The notes: generated by a model from the letters alone, not told the origin. A stretch of 64,000 bases of DNA from Bacteroidota bacterium (GCA_024276745.1 JAJRWN010000006.1:11926-75925); one strand, 5' to 3'; shown: positions 31,001 through 39,814, counted from the first letter of the stretch. Numbers and translations: made by a program.

Positions 31001-32883
31001 AGGTTTAAATCATATAAATCTGCAAATGTTATATTCGATTTAAAATCGAACACCGGTTCGTATTGCGATAAATCAATGGTGCCTTTAAAATCAAAATTGG
31101 CTCTCCGGTCGTTCACATCTAAAATACCCGAGAAAAAACGTTTCTTCATTGAGCCGTTTAATTTTACATGATGATAATTGTATCCATTTAATTCCAGAGA
31201 AGCGATATCTCCGTCAATATTCATTTCCATACGTTCAAAATCAAAACCTCTGCCGATTATTTTACTGTTGAAAGCAATGCTGCCGATATAGTTATTATCA
31301 AGCCATTGTCCGAGTTGAAAATGATTGCTTGCCAAATTGCCCGAATATTGAGGTATGCCTTGTTTATCAAATTTCATATTAATATCAGATTTCAGTTTAC
31401 CTAATGCGGTTTCCATAGTACCGTAGGCTACAAAATCGCTAATAAATCCTGTAAACTGACCTTGAAATTTAATTTTCCCCAGTTTTCGTACTTCGGCCGG
31501 CAAATGCATTCCGGGTATCAAAGCACTGATTTCTTTATAATTGGTTCTGAAGTCTTTGGCTTCAATATTTATAAAAGTTTCTTTGATATTGGGTAGTCCG
31601 ATGACTTCAAGATTACCGGCAAATTGAGTTTGCTCGTTGTAGGTAATATGTATATTTTTTCCTCGTAAATCAATAATCTTGCCTTTCAGTTCTCCACTTA
31701 AATTGATACGCTGAATTCCCTCGTTTTGAATGTCGGGTGCAAAATATTTTATGTCCTTTATGGCAATTAGGGAATGATTGAAATTACCGTGAAATTTTAC
31801 TTTATTAAATATATCACTAAAATCATTTAGCGAATGGAAACGAAGTGCTATCCGGTTTTTGATTTCGCTTTGAGGTGTGAGCAGATAGAACGAGTCGATG
31901 ACGGCATGATGCGCATTCAGATGAAGAAAACCGGTCAAATTCATAAGTTTGAATCCACTCTTTTCTCTGGCTGTAATTTGTTTAATTACTACATCAATAC
32001 TATCGCCCAGCCAATGAAAGTGTTGTAGCATACAATTGAAATTCTGTACATCGAGATCATTGAAATCAATGGTATTTTGAATGTTATTTTTTATCGGATA
32101 TTGTGTATATGAAAACGATTGATCATTTAATTGAATCGTATCAATCCGGATATCCCATGCTCCGGAGTCGAGAATCAGGGCTTTTGGGCTTGCCGGTGTT
32201 GTTTTATCATCATGCAATGAGACCAGCAGATTGGCAGCCGGCCTGATAAACTGTACAGTACTGCGATTAATCATTAAATTTGATAAATGAAGCTTTTGTG
32301 TTTCAATATCCGTTTCGTTGCATGCTGCCCGGATAGAAGGGATTTTAATAAGGAAGTTATTATTCCCTGGCAAATCACGATAGCTTAGAAAGGTTTTTTC
32401 CAAATCAATATCTTGCAGTTCGATACTCCACGATGTTTTTGATTGGCTCGTTTTCTGAACCTTCGATTGCAAAAGAAAATCATAATTAAATCCGCTTTTC
32501 TTATCCTTCCGGTAAACATTTAGTTTTGAAGTGGCCAGTTGAATATTATGGATGCGTATATTTTTTTTAAATAATTGCCAAAAGCTGAAATCCAGTTGAA
32601 GGCGATGGCTTTGAAAGAGTGTATCGTTTTCCTTGTCAAGCATATACAAATCATTTACTTCGATACGGTGCATTCCCAGCAGTCTGACATGTTCAAAGTT
32701 GATTTCCGTTTGCAGATTATGAGCAATACGCTGAATTACTTTGGCTGCCAAATAATTTTGAACCGCAGGAAATTGTAAGAGCAAAACGCTGATTACCACA
32801 ATACCAAATCCCGAAATGGCGGAATAGCGCAGAAAGAGCACCATGCGCTTATAATATTGAGATATGCGGTAAAGTTGTTTCAT
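28084..32883 (-). CDS. tamB: TamB-like translocation and assembly module protein
   Basis: 1599 aa with a single N-terminal anchor helix, a very long beta-rich body and a DUF490-like C-terminus. The assignment rests on size and architecture and is from memory. Confidence 0.7.
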   Translation of the reverse strand: MKQLYRISQYYKRMVLFLRYSAISGFGIVVISVLLLQFPAVQNYLAAKVIQRIAHNLQTEINFEHVRLLGMHRIEVNDLYMLDKENDTLFQSHRLQLDFSFWQLFKKNIRIHNIQLATSKLNVYRKDKKSGFNYDFLLQSKVQKTSQSKTSWSIELQDIDLEKTFLSYRDLPGNNNFLIKIPSIRAACNETDIETQKLHLSNLMINRSTVQFIRPAANLLVSLHDDKTTPASPKALILDSGAWDIRIDTIQLNDQSFSYTQYPIKNNIQNTIDFNDLDVQNFNCMLQHFHWLGDSIDVVIKQITAREKSGFKLMNLTGFLHLNAHHAVIDSFYLLTPQSEIKNRIALRFHSLNDFSDIFNKVKFHGNFNHSLIAIKDIKYFAPDIQNEGIQRINLSGELKGKIIDLRGKNIHITYNEQTQFAGNLEVIGLPNIKETFINIEAKDFRTNYKEISALIPGMHLPAEVRKLGKIKFQGQFTGFISDFVAYGTMETALGKLKSDINMKFDKQGIPQYSGNLASNHFQLGQWLDNNYIGSIAFNSKIIGRGFDFERMEMNIDGDIASLELNGYNYHHVKLNGSMKKRFFSGILDVNDRRANFDFKGTIDLSQYEPVFDFKSNITFADLYDLNLSKQALQIKTNATLAFSGIDPDNMNGKIQFTNAFVSSPEGHYNIDTISINSTTNNLGNSLNIQSDIMDLNLDGDYHLTQIPNQVMHVLNTYYNPDSIASNNHQDDVEFNFTLIVKKNYKAFSLLYDGLKGLGGSFVYGHFNSQNRTIRMDGIVPEIQLGKSRKMENANFLVRTYHDTLKLAASFSHFVIDADNRLGKSRIKANIYGNEAHFKLESSNNNIVNDVSLNGDVYRNQDTLNISLSESTIELADKIWEINSDNLFKYYDDGIQFAHFQLNNSGQSIDLSTKGSQKNYTALQLKVHELDCQTLTQLADYKDYSINGVINGNLRLLNVFGKSFRIIQDLQIKNFGIDEQELGILELQGGYIPYIKQTNIIAKLIQKDTLLDINGVITMDEKKDRINLKGHLYELPASALNPFLSGILSDMAGSLSGDFSIGGKTDNVDLAGNILYHNGGVHFDYLNTNYRIDTLHLSLNKQNIRFEPSMLYDMNGISAQVSGNLMLPSFNNLIFNHFEIKTADDFQLMNLDIEDNNDFYGQAYGAAYLDVSGPVDDMNVYVNASTGNNSKLFIPVTYGGEYGDYDFIQFRSDTNDSMVQEKLQKHLNNLHLTMDLDINPKAEVQLIFDLQAGDIIKSRGDGNIKLDINTSGDFNMYGAYTIKNGSYLFTLKDIINKEFLIEEGGTLTWTGDPYEALLDINAIYKIKAAGYDLFASESSQLNENEIKKLKQPTPLDVYLKMRGSLSAPNISFDIRQSDINSYAVSNRFSQKLQEIRSDENELSKQVLGLIVFNKFIPSEVVTNTGSGSNWKSAGVNTMTEFLSSQLSMYFSDMLSKYDMEIDLNYKNYELGDISNTNNSLSRNELNLELSKKLGRFNVNVGGNFDFGNTNSSVTATNNLAGDFEVEYSISEDGKFRIKGFRKSDYDIFENANKNKTGIGLFFRKDFDTAGEFFQLSNGKKTASKNDDKPIIDEISSFPD

Positions 32884-32937
32884 TCTTTTATTAGCAGAAA
32901 GTATAAACGCGTAAATTTACGGAATTAATCTGTGTGT

Positions 32938-33948
32938 ATGAATGACAACCCCATAATTCTTGCCATCGAATCTTCGTGTGATGATACATCGGCAGCGGTT
33001 TATTTTGATTCAAAGATCAGATCAAATATCACTTCAACCCAGCTGATACATAAAAAATATGGAGGTGTTTTGCCTGAAATGGCTTCCCGGCTTCATCAGC
33101 AACATATTATTCCCGTAGTTCAGGAAGCTCTTGATGAAGCAGGCTATAAGATTTTCGATATTGATGCTATTGCTTTTACCCGTGGTCCCGGATTATTAGG
33201 TTCATTATTGGTCGGTGTAAGTTTTGCCAAGGCTTTTGCTTTGGCCAGGTCTATTCCTATGATGGATGTAAATCATATGCAAGCTCATATATTGGCACAT
33301 TTTATTGAAAACCCAAAACCTGCTTTTCCTTTTTTATGCCTGACGGTTTCCGGTGGGCATACTCAGATTGTACAGGTCAATGATTATCTTGATATGCAGG
33401 TATTGGGCAGTACCATTGATGATGCTGCCGGAGAAGCTTTTGATAAAACGGCCAAAATGCTCGGTTTGCCTTATCCCGGAGGTCCTTTGCTTGATCAACA
33501 AGCCCGAAATGGTAATCCACTGGCTTTTAAATTTGCCGAACCTAAAGTAGATGGTTTGAATTTTAGCTATAGTGGTTTAAAAACATCAGTTTTATATTTT
33601 TTGCAGAAACAAACAAAAACAGATAAGCATTTTATACAAAATAATTTAGCGGATTTATGTGCTTCGGTTCAATACACCATTGTAAAAATATTGATTGAAA
33701 AACTACTGAAAGCGGCCGGTGAAACCGGAATTAGCGAGATAGCCATATCGGGAGGTGTCTCTGCCAATAGCCGATTGAGGAAAGAAATAAACAGGGTAGG
33801 GATGCAAAATGGATGGAATACTTTTATTCCCCGTTTGGAATATTGTACCGATAATGCGGCCATGATTGCCATGGTCGGCTATTATAAGTATCTGAATCAG
33901 GATTTTTGCAGTCAGAAAATTAGTGCCTTGGCTCGATGGCCTGTTTAA
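32938..33948 (+). CDS. tsaD: tRNA N6-adenosine threonylcarbamoyltransferase
   Basis: Motifs 'ILAIESSCDDTSAA', 'HMQAHI' and 'SGGVSAN'. The ORF track opens at GTG 32932; the first ATG is at 32938. Confidence 0.95.
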   Translation: MNDNPIILAIESSCDDTSAAVYFDSKIRSNITSTQLIHKKYGGVLPEMASRLHQQHIIPVVQEALDEAGYKIFDIDAIAFTRGPGLLGSLLVGVSFAKAFALARSIPMMDVNHMQAHILAHFIENPKPAFPFLCLTVSGGHTQIVQVNDYLDMQVLGSTIDDAAGEAFDKTAKMLGLPYPGGPLLDQQARNGNPLAFKFAEPKVDGLNFSYSGLKTSVLYFLQKQTKTDKHFIQNNLADLCASVQYTIVKILIEKLLKAAGETGISEIAISGGVSANSRLRKEINRVGMQNGWNTFIPRLEYCTDNAAMIAMVGYYKYLNQDFCSQKISALARWPV

Positions 33949-33950
33949 GC

Positions 33951-35297
33951 TTAATGCAGGGCATTTCCGGTATAATTGAAAGGTGTAAGTCTTAGCAATT
34001 CTTGTTTTACCGAATCATCAATTTCAAGCCTTTCTATAAAAGCATGTATGTTTTCTTTAGTGATGCTATGTCTTCCCCGGGTCAATGTTTTTAATGCTTC
34101 ATAGGGATTTGGATAAGCCGCTTTTCTTAAAATGGTTTGAATAGCTTCTGATAATACAGCCCAGTTTGCATCCAAATCGGCATTTATTTTCTCAGTATTT
34201 AATGTAAGTTTTTGCAAACCTTTTTTTAAGGAAGTAAAACCGATCAGGCTGTGGGCAAAAGGAACTCCAATATTTCGTATTACGGTTGAATCGGTCAAAT
34301 CTCTTTGCATACGGGATAGCGGTAATTTATTGGCTAAATGGCTAAATATGGCATTGGCAAGACCAAAATTTCCTTCTGCATTTTCAAAATCAATAGGATT
34401 TATTTTGTGAGGCATCGTAGAAGAACCAACTTCTCCTTTTTGGGGTATTTGTCTGAAATATTCCATCGAAATATAAGTCCAGCAATCCCGGCATAGGTCT
34501 ATCAGAATAGTATTGATGCGTCCCATATTTTGCAATAGGGCAGCCAGGTGATCGTAATGTTCAATTTGTGTGGTGATTTGTTGGCGTATAAGACCGAGAC
34601 TAGCAATAAAATCATTGGCAAAAAGCACCCAGTTGATATTGGAATATGCAGCGAAATGAGCATTAAAATTTCCGGTAGCTCCTCCAAATTTTGCTTGTAA
34701 TGGCACTTGTTCCAAACTTTCCAACTGACTTTCAATCCGGCTCGAAAATACCAGCATTTCTTTTCCGACCGATGTGGGGCTTGCCGCTTGTCCGTGTGTG
34801 TGTGCAAGCATAGGCTGTTGCATCCATTTTCCGGCCAATTGACCGATAGTTTCCAACAATGCTTTCAGCTCGGGAATATAATGCCCAAACAAAAAATCTT
34901 TTAATGCCATAGGTTGAGCCGTATTGTTGATGTCTTGCGAGGTCAAAGCAAAATGAATAAAATCAATGTGCTTGTTTAATTTTAATTGGATAAATTTTTC
35001 CTGCAAAAAATATTCTATTGCTTTTACATCGTGATTAATTCCCTGTTCAATCTGTTTTACCCTTTGGGCATCATCCATGGTAAAATCCTGGTAAATATTA
35101 CGTAATGCATCAATCAGGGATTTATCAAAATCGGCTAATTCATCCAATATGGAAGTTAAAGCAATAAAATACTCAACTTCAACTTTAACCCGGTATCTGA
35201 TTAAGGCAAATTCAGAAAACCAGGTAGATAATACATTGATCTTATTGCGATATCTGCCATCTATTGGCGATATGGCACTGAGGCTGTTTAGCTCCAT
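33951..35297 (-). CDS. purB: adenylosuccinate lyase
   Basis: 448 aa with the fumarate-lyase signature 'SSTMPHKINP'. Its stop lies 2 nt from the tsaD stop. Confidence 0.95.
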   Translation of the reverse strand: MELNSLSAISPIDGRYRNKINVLSTWFSEFALIRYRVKVEVEYFIALTSILDELADFDKSLIDALRNIYQDFTMDDAQRVKQIEQGINHDVKAIEYFLQEKFIQLKLNKHIDFIHFALTSQDINNTAQPMALKDFLFGHYIPELKALLETIGQLAGKWMQQPMLAHTHGQAASPTSVGKEMLVFSSRIESQLESLEQVPLQAKFGGATGNFNAHFAAYSNINWVLFANDFIASLGLIRQQITTQIEHYDHLAALLQNMGRINTILIDLCRDCWTYISMEYFRQIPQKGEVGSSTMPHKINPIDFENAEGNFGLANAIFSHLANKLPLSRMQRDLTDSTVIRNIGVPFAHSLIGFTSLKKGLQKLTLNTEKINADLDANWAVLSEAIQTILRKAAYPNPYEALKTLTRGRHSITKENIHAFIERLEIDDSVKQELLRLTPFNYTGNALH

Positions 35298-35307
35298 AAT
35301 TAATGGC

Positions 35308-35315
35308 TACTTTTG
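35308..35315 (+). promoter_or_regulatory. -7 promoter box (TActTTTG) for the endonuclease gene
   Basis: Exact TAnnTTTG 16 nt upstream of ATG 35332, inside a 34-nt divergent intergenic region. Confidence 0.4.
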
Positions 35316-35317
35316 CA

Positions 35318-35325
35318 CAAAGTTA
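35318..35325 (-). promoter_or_regulatory. -7 promoter box (TAacTTTG on the minus strand) for purB
   Basis: CAAAgtTA on the plus strand, 20 nt upstream of the purB start at 35297. It sits back to back with the plus-strand box. Confidence 0.4.
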
Positions 35326-35331
35326 CCAAGA

Positions 35332-36963
35332 ATGAAAAACATGAACCGTACACTACTTTCCATATTCTGTTTTATAGTATTTACATCCTTAGGTCAAGCA
35401 CAAAAACTAACTGTAAATAGCAATATGCTGGATTTCGATACTACACTTACAACCCAAACAGATACGCTGTTTTTGCTGCTAAGCAACAATAGCGGAACGA
35501 TAATGAAGATCAACAAAACCTTGGTTTACGATACCGGTTTTGAAACATTGTTGAATCAGTTTGATATATTGCCGGGACAAACAGTATCTCTTCCGGTAAT
35601 TTTTCATCCCAGACATAATATTGATTATAATAGTGAATTGGTTTTATTCAGCCGTGCGGGTGAAGGCAATTTGGCCGTTGATTTAAAAGGAACCGGAAAA
35701 TATACCGGTACTTATTATAAATGTACACAAGGATTGAGTGAACAAAATTTAAAGAATGCACTTAAAACATTGATTAGCGGTCAAACCAGTTTGGGGTATA
35801 ATACTGCCCGCGATAAAATGTTTATGATTATTGATAATCAGAAAGTGAATGGGCAAGGAGCCACTCAGAATACATTAGACTGCATTTATATTGGGAAAAC
35901 GGTATCAGGTTATTCTTCACGGCAAAATGCTTACAGTAATTATAACGTAAATACCGAACACACTTTCCCACAAGGAAAGTTTAACTCACAGGAACCGATG
36001 AAATCAGATTTGTTTCATCTCTATCCCAGCGATGTGGCAGCCAATGCCGAGCGAGGCAGCAAACCATTCGGTAAGGTAAATAATCCCAGCTGGCAACAGG
36101 GAGGTTCTAAATCGAGTAATAGCAAATTTGAACCCAGAGATGAGCAAAAAGGACCTACGGCACGTTCGATGTTGTATTTCCTGATTCGCTACAAAAACTA
36201 TGGAAGTTTTGTCTCAATGGCAGATCAAAATATCTTGAAACAATGGTGTCTTACTTATTTGCCCGGACCGGTTGAGCAGAAACGCTGCGATGATATTCAA
36301 TCTTTTCAGCACAATAGAAATCCCTTTATCGATCATCCGGAGTTTGTTGAACGTATTCATTCTTTTATATCCACATCTACGGCTCCGCTTGTTCATAGCC
36401 TGGAGCTTACTTCAGATACCATAGAATTCCTGCCGGGGCAATTGGGCGATACGCTTTTGTTTCGCTTTGTGATGGTAAACGATGGTAATACAGCGGTGAA
36501 CTTATCCGGTTTTCAGTTGGGCAGCGGCCTTTTCTCTGTGCTCTCGGAACCGGGCATCATTGACCCCGGTGAATCAGATTATGCACTTGTTCAGTACGTA
36601 ATGACAGATACTTTTGCTAAACTCGATACCATGCACTTTAACACTGATGTTTCTGCCTTGAACCATGTAGAAATTCCGGTAATTATTGCTGGTGGTATTG
36701 GTACAGGAATATATAATGGGCATAATCAATTGCGCATCCGGGTGTTTCCAAATCCTGCCTCTGATCAAATCCTGATTCATTCCGATATTCCTGAATCAGC
36801 GCATATAAAACTATACAATTTGAATGGTGAGATGATGATGACTTACAGGCTTGAAGAATTATCCGATTTTAGCATGGATTGCAGTTTGCTGAAACCGGGT
36901 TTATACTTGATTGAAATAGACACCCGCTATCATCGTCTATTTAAGAAAATACTTATTTTCTAA
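35332..36963 (+). CDS. secreted endonuclease I-family nuclease with T9SS C-terminal sorting domain
   Basis: Signal peptide 'MKNMNRTLLSIFCFIVFTSLGQAQ'. Endonuclease I motifs 'NTEHTFPQ', 'FEPRDEQKGPTARSMLYF' and 'NRNPFIDHPE'. Flanking Ig-like segments. T9SS tail 'VFPNPASDQILIH...LKPGLYLIEI'. The ORF-track start at 35149 runs into purB and is rejected. Confidence 0.8.
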   Translation: MKNMNRTLLSIFCFIVFTSLGQAQKLTVNSNMLDFDTTLTTQTDTLFLLLSNNSGTIMKINKTLVYDTGFETLLNQFDILPGQTVSLPVIFHPRHNIDYNSELVLFSRAGEGNLAVDLKGTGKYTGTYYKCTQGLSEQNLKNALKTLISGQTSLGYNTARDKMFMIIDNQKVNGQGATQNTLDCIYIGKTVSGYSSRQNAYSNYNVNTEHTFPQGKFNSQEPMKSDLFHLYPSDVAANAERGSKPFGKVNNPSWQQGGSKSSNSKFEPRDEQKGPTARSMLYFLIRYKNYGSFVSMADQNILKQWCLTYLPGPVEQKRCDDIQSFQHNRNPFIDHPEFVERIHSFISTSTAPLVHSLELTSDTIEFLPGQLGDTLLFRFVMVNDGNTAVNLSGFQLGSGLFSVLSEPGIIDPGESDYALVQYVMTDTFAKLDTMHFNTDVSALNHVEIPVIIAGGIGTGIYNGHNQLRIRVFPNPASDQILIHSDIPESAHIKLYNLNGEMMMTYRLEELSDFSMDCSLLKPGLYLIEIDTRYHRLFKKILIF

Positions 36964-38122
36964 TGGTTAAACTGCTTAGTTCCTTGTTGAAAAACATTAC
37001 CAATGAACTGGTTTTTCCCAAAAAATGAAACCGGGTTCCATACACTCTTGCTTCAATGATATTGCCTTTAATAGTAAGTAATTTCTCCTGTACCAAGCGG
37101 GCATCTGCTTCGTTTCTGTACATCTTATCAATCCTTTGCTTTACAAAATTCAAAGAATCGGGATGAACAAAGCTGAGTACATTCATTCCAATCAAGTCTT
37201 CAAAGTTATCTGCTTCAAAGGCATGGGCCGCTGCAGGATTGGCATAAACAACTTTTAAGTCAACATGTACCAAAATAGGAACAGGTGCATTCTCAATCAT
37301 ATTCTTAAACGAATCCTGAGTGATGCGATAGGTTTCTAATTCTTCTTTGCGATCCTGAATATTATGTGCCGAAAAATATACGGCAATAATTTGCTTGTTT
37401 TTGTTTAAAACAGGGGTATAAGACAATTCAAACCATTTGGATTTCCTGTTTTTGAATTTTGCTTTATAATCAAGCTTTATGTGCTCACCCGACAAACAGT
37501 TGGCAATACTGTTTTTAAAATCATAAATATTTTCTGATGGGATATAATCAATAAGAGAATCACCCTGAGCAGGACTTTTACCAAAAATTTGTTTGATATA
37601 AACTTTTGCCGGTTGATTGATTTCCAATATATTAAGATCGGGCGATATCAATATGATGGCTTCGGTAGAATTATCAAGTATATTTCGAAGCTTTGTAGCG
37701 GTATCTTCGGCCAACATCCGGCTGAAATTAAGTTCTATTTCTTTCTCCTTCTGTTCCGTAATATCCTGAATGGTTCCGAAAATACTAACAATCTTTCCGG
37801 CTTTCTTTTTAGCTTTTCCGCTTGTCCTTACCCAAATGGTATTCTTTTGAAAAGGATTAAGTTGTAAATCCAATTCAAACTTTTTACCTTTTTTAATGAG
37901 TGATTTAAAGGCTTTTCTTATAATGGATTGACTTGCTGCATGATAAAATGCTAATGATTCTTTGCCGTTTGGTATATAATCAGGCGGCATATTGTGAATT
38001 TTGTAAGTTTCCGAAGTCCAAATCATTCTTTCTTTTCCCAAATCATACTCCCAACCACCAACTTTAGCCACCCTATTGGTTTGCTCCACCACTTCTCTTA
38101 GCCATCCATGTTTTTTTATCAT
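36953..38122 (-). CDS. PAS-domain protein (about three PAS repeats, no output domain)
   Basis: 389 aa with PAS-like segments ('GGWEYDLGKERMIWTSETYKIH', 'STEAIILISPDLNILEINQPA', 'APVPILVHVDLKVVYANPAAAHAF'). No H-box, ATPase or DNA-binding motif is visible. The 3' end overlaps the endonuclease gene by 11 nt. Confidence 0.7.
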   Translation of the reverse strand: MIKKHGWLREVVEQTNRVAKVGGWEYDLGKERMIWTSETYKIHNMPPDYIPNGKESLAFYHAASQSIIRKAFKSLIKKGKKFELDLQLNPFQKNTIWVRTSGKAKKKAGKIVSIFGTIQDITEQKEKEIELNFSRMLAEDTATKLRNILDNSTEAIILISPDLNILEINQPAKVYIKQIFGKSPAQGDSLIDYIPSENIYDFKNSIANCLSGEHIKLDYKAKFKNRKSKWFELSYTPVLNKNKQIIAVYFSAHNIQDRKEELETYRITQDSFKNMIENAPVPILVHVDLKVVYANPAAAHAFEADNFEDLIGMNVLSFVHPDSLNFVKQRIDKMYRNEADARLVQEKLLTIKGNIIEARVYGTRFHFLGKTSSLVMFFNKELSSLTIRK

Positions 38123-38329
38123 TGATATGATTTATTCAAATTCAATCATTTTTAATATAATATTCATATTAAAAATAAGCAAAATAAGTTAATAGAATAA
38201 AATATGAAGGGCTACGATTTGCAAAAGTCAATGAATTATTAAGAGAATCCAAATTGTTGAATAAAAACTTTCAAAAAACTAATACGGATAAAATAAAATC
38301 AATCAATTTTGCAAGCCTAATAAGAAATT

Positions 38330-39413
38330 ATGACCAACGAACAATTAAAATCTATTCAAGCCCGGCTTGAAGCCCTCAGGAGGTATCTTTGACCTGAGTA
38401 ACAGAGAATCGATTGTGCACGATTTGCTTGAACAAGCGGCAAGCAATACATTTTGGAATGATTCGAAAAATGCGGAATCGGTACTGCGAAGAATAAAAAA
38501 ACATAAGTATTGGATTGATGCCTATCATTTGGTATCTGAAATTGTAGCTGATGTGAGCGTATTACTTGAGTTTCAGCAAGAGGGTGATGCCAGTGAGGAA
38601 GAAGTGGAAGAAAAATATCTTGAAGCAATTAAAGCACTTGAAGATATTGAATTTCGATCTACACTCAACAAAGAAGAAGATGCACTTGATGCCGTAATGA
38701 CCATCAACAGCGGGGCAGGAGGAACCGAATCCTGCGATTGGGCAAGTATGCTCTTGCGGATGTACACCATGTGGGCCGAAAAAAATAATTATAAAGTTGC
38801 AGAACTCGACCGTGTTGATGGCGATGTAGCCGGTGTGAAATCGGTAACGATAGAAATAGCCGGTGAATTTGCCTATGGTTACCTGAAAGGTGAAATCGGA
38901 GTACATCGCCTGGTAAGAATATCACCTTTCGATTCCAATAAAAGAAGACATACTTCCTTTGCCTCGGTATTTGTATATCCTTTAGTTGACGATTCTATCG
39001 AAATTGAAATTAATCCTGCTGATATCGAATGGGATACTTTCAGATCGGGAGGAAAGGGAGGTCAGAACGTGAATAAAGTAGAAACTGCCGTTCGATTGCA
39101 CCACATACCTTCCGGATTTGTAGTAGAATGCCAGCAAGAACGTTCGCAACTGCAAAATAAAGAGAAAGCCATGAAACTCTTGCAGTCGAGATTGTATGAA
39201 CAAGAAATCAGCCGTAGAAATGAAGCCCGAGATAAAGTTGAAAGCACAAAAAAAAGTATTGGATGGGGCTCCCAAATCAGAAGTTATGTGCTGCATCCCT
39301 ACAAAATGGTAAAAGATTTGCGTACCGGACATGAAACAGGGAATACCCAGGCTGTAATGGATGGTGATTTGAACCCATTCTTAAAAGCCTTTTTGATGAA
39401 ACCTAAAAATTAA
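38330..39413 (+). CDS. prfB: peptide chain release factor 2, requires a programmed +1 frameshift: join(38330..38389,38391..39413)
   Basis: Frame 0 gives '[20 protein letters not shown]' and then TGA at 38390. The +1 frame continues '[13 protein letters not shown]...' and carries the RF2 'SPF' ('RISPFDS') and 'GGQ' ('GKGGQNVNK') motifs. The site CTT TGA C is preceded by AGGAGG. Confidence 0.95.
38378..38393 (+). promoter_or_regulatory. prfB +1 frameshift cassette (AGGAGG-TAT-CTT-TGA-C)
   Basis: SD-like AGGAGG at 38378..38383, a 3-nt spacer, the slippery CTT and an in-frame TGA followed by C. The layout matches the classical RF2 autoregulatory site. Confidence 0.9.
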
Positions 39414-39490
39414 ATAACTTTTAATCGATGAGTGAAGCATTGTAAAGACAATTATTACTTATCAACAGGAAAAAAACATCGCACAAGGTA

Positions 39491-39522
39491 TTTGTAATTA
39501 CCAGGTAAAATACCGATATTTG
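39491..39522 (+). promoter_or_regulatory. possible rpmB promoter (-33 TTTG plus a -7-like GAtaTTTG)
   Basis: TTTG at 39491..39494 and GATATTTG at 39515..39522 (one mismatch to TAnnTTTG), 20 nt apart and 26 nt upstream of ATG 39549. Confidence 0.3.
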
Positions 39523-39548
39523 CACTCCAATTTAGAAAACAAAAGAAA

Positions 39549-39791
39549 ATGTCGAAGGTTTGTCAATTAACAGGAAAGAGACCAATAAGCGGAAACTCGG
39601 TTTCTCATAGTCATCATAAGACGAAAAGAAAGTTTTATCCTAATCTGCAAAAGAAACGTTTTTATATACCGGAGGAAGACCGTTGGGTTACTTTGAAAGT
39701 ATCGACTAGCGCAATACGCACCATCAGTAAGAAAGGATTTACTGCATACTTGCGTGATTTACGTAAAAAAGGTCTTTCAATCAATATTTAA
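39549..39791 (+). CDS. rpmB: 50S ribosomal protein L28
   Basis: 80 aa beginning 'MSKVCQLTGKRPISGNSVSHSHHKTKRKFYPNLQ', which is typical of L28. Confidence 0.95.
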   Translation: MSKVCQLTGKRPISGNSVSHSHHKTKRKFYPNLQKKRFYIPEEDRWVTLKVSTSAIRTISKKGFTAYLRDLRKKGLSINI

Positions 39792-39814
39792 AGCATACAG
39801 AATAATTTAATAAT

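Noticed and set aside
35149-35331. A 61-codon N-terminal extension of the endonuclease ORF overlapping purB.
   Set aside because: The extension is antisense to the purB 5' end. A good signal peptide starts at ATG 35332, and a -7 box sits just upstream of that ATG.
38356-39332. A cluster of antisense ORFs inside prfB (38356..38628, 38562..38906, 38704..38925, 38982..39332, 39062..39247).
   Set aside because: They are mirror-frame ORFs of a highly conserved gene with no independent signals. The real anomaly here is the prfB +1 frameshift.
39487-39514. An inverted repeat GGTATTT...AAATACC with an inner GTAATTAC palindrome upstream of rpmB, considered as a possible ribosomal-protein leader structure.
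   Set aside because: It overlaps the -33/-7 promoter-like elements and so probably lies upstream of the transcript start. The 7-bp A/T-rich stem is weak.
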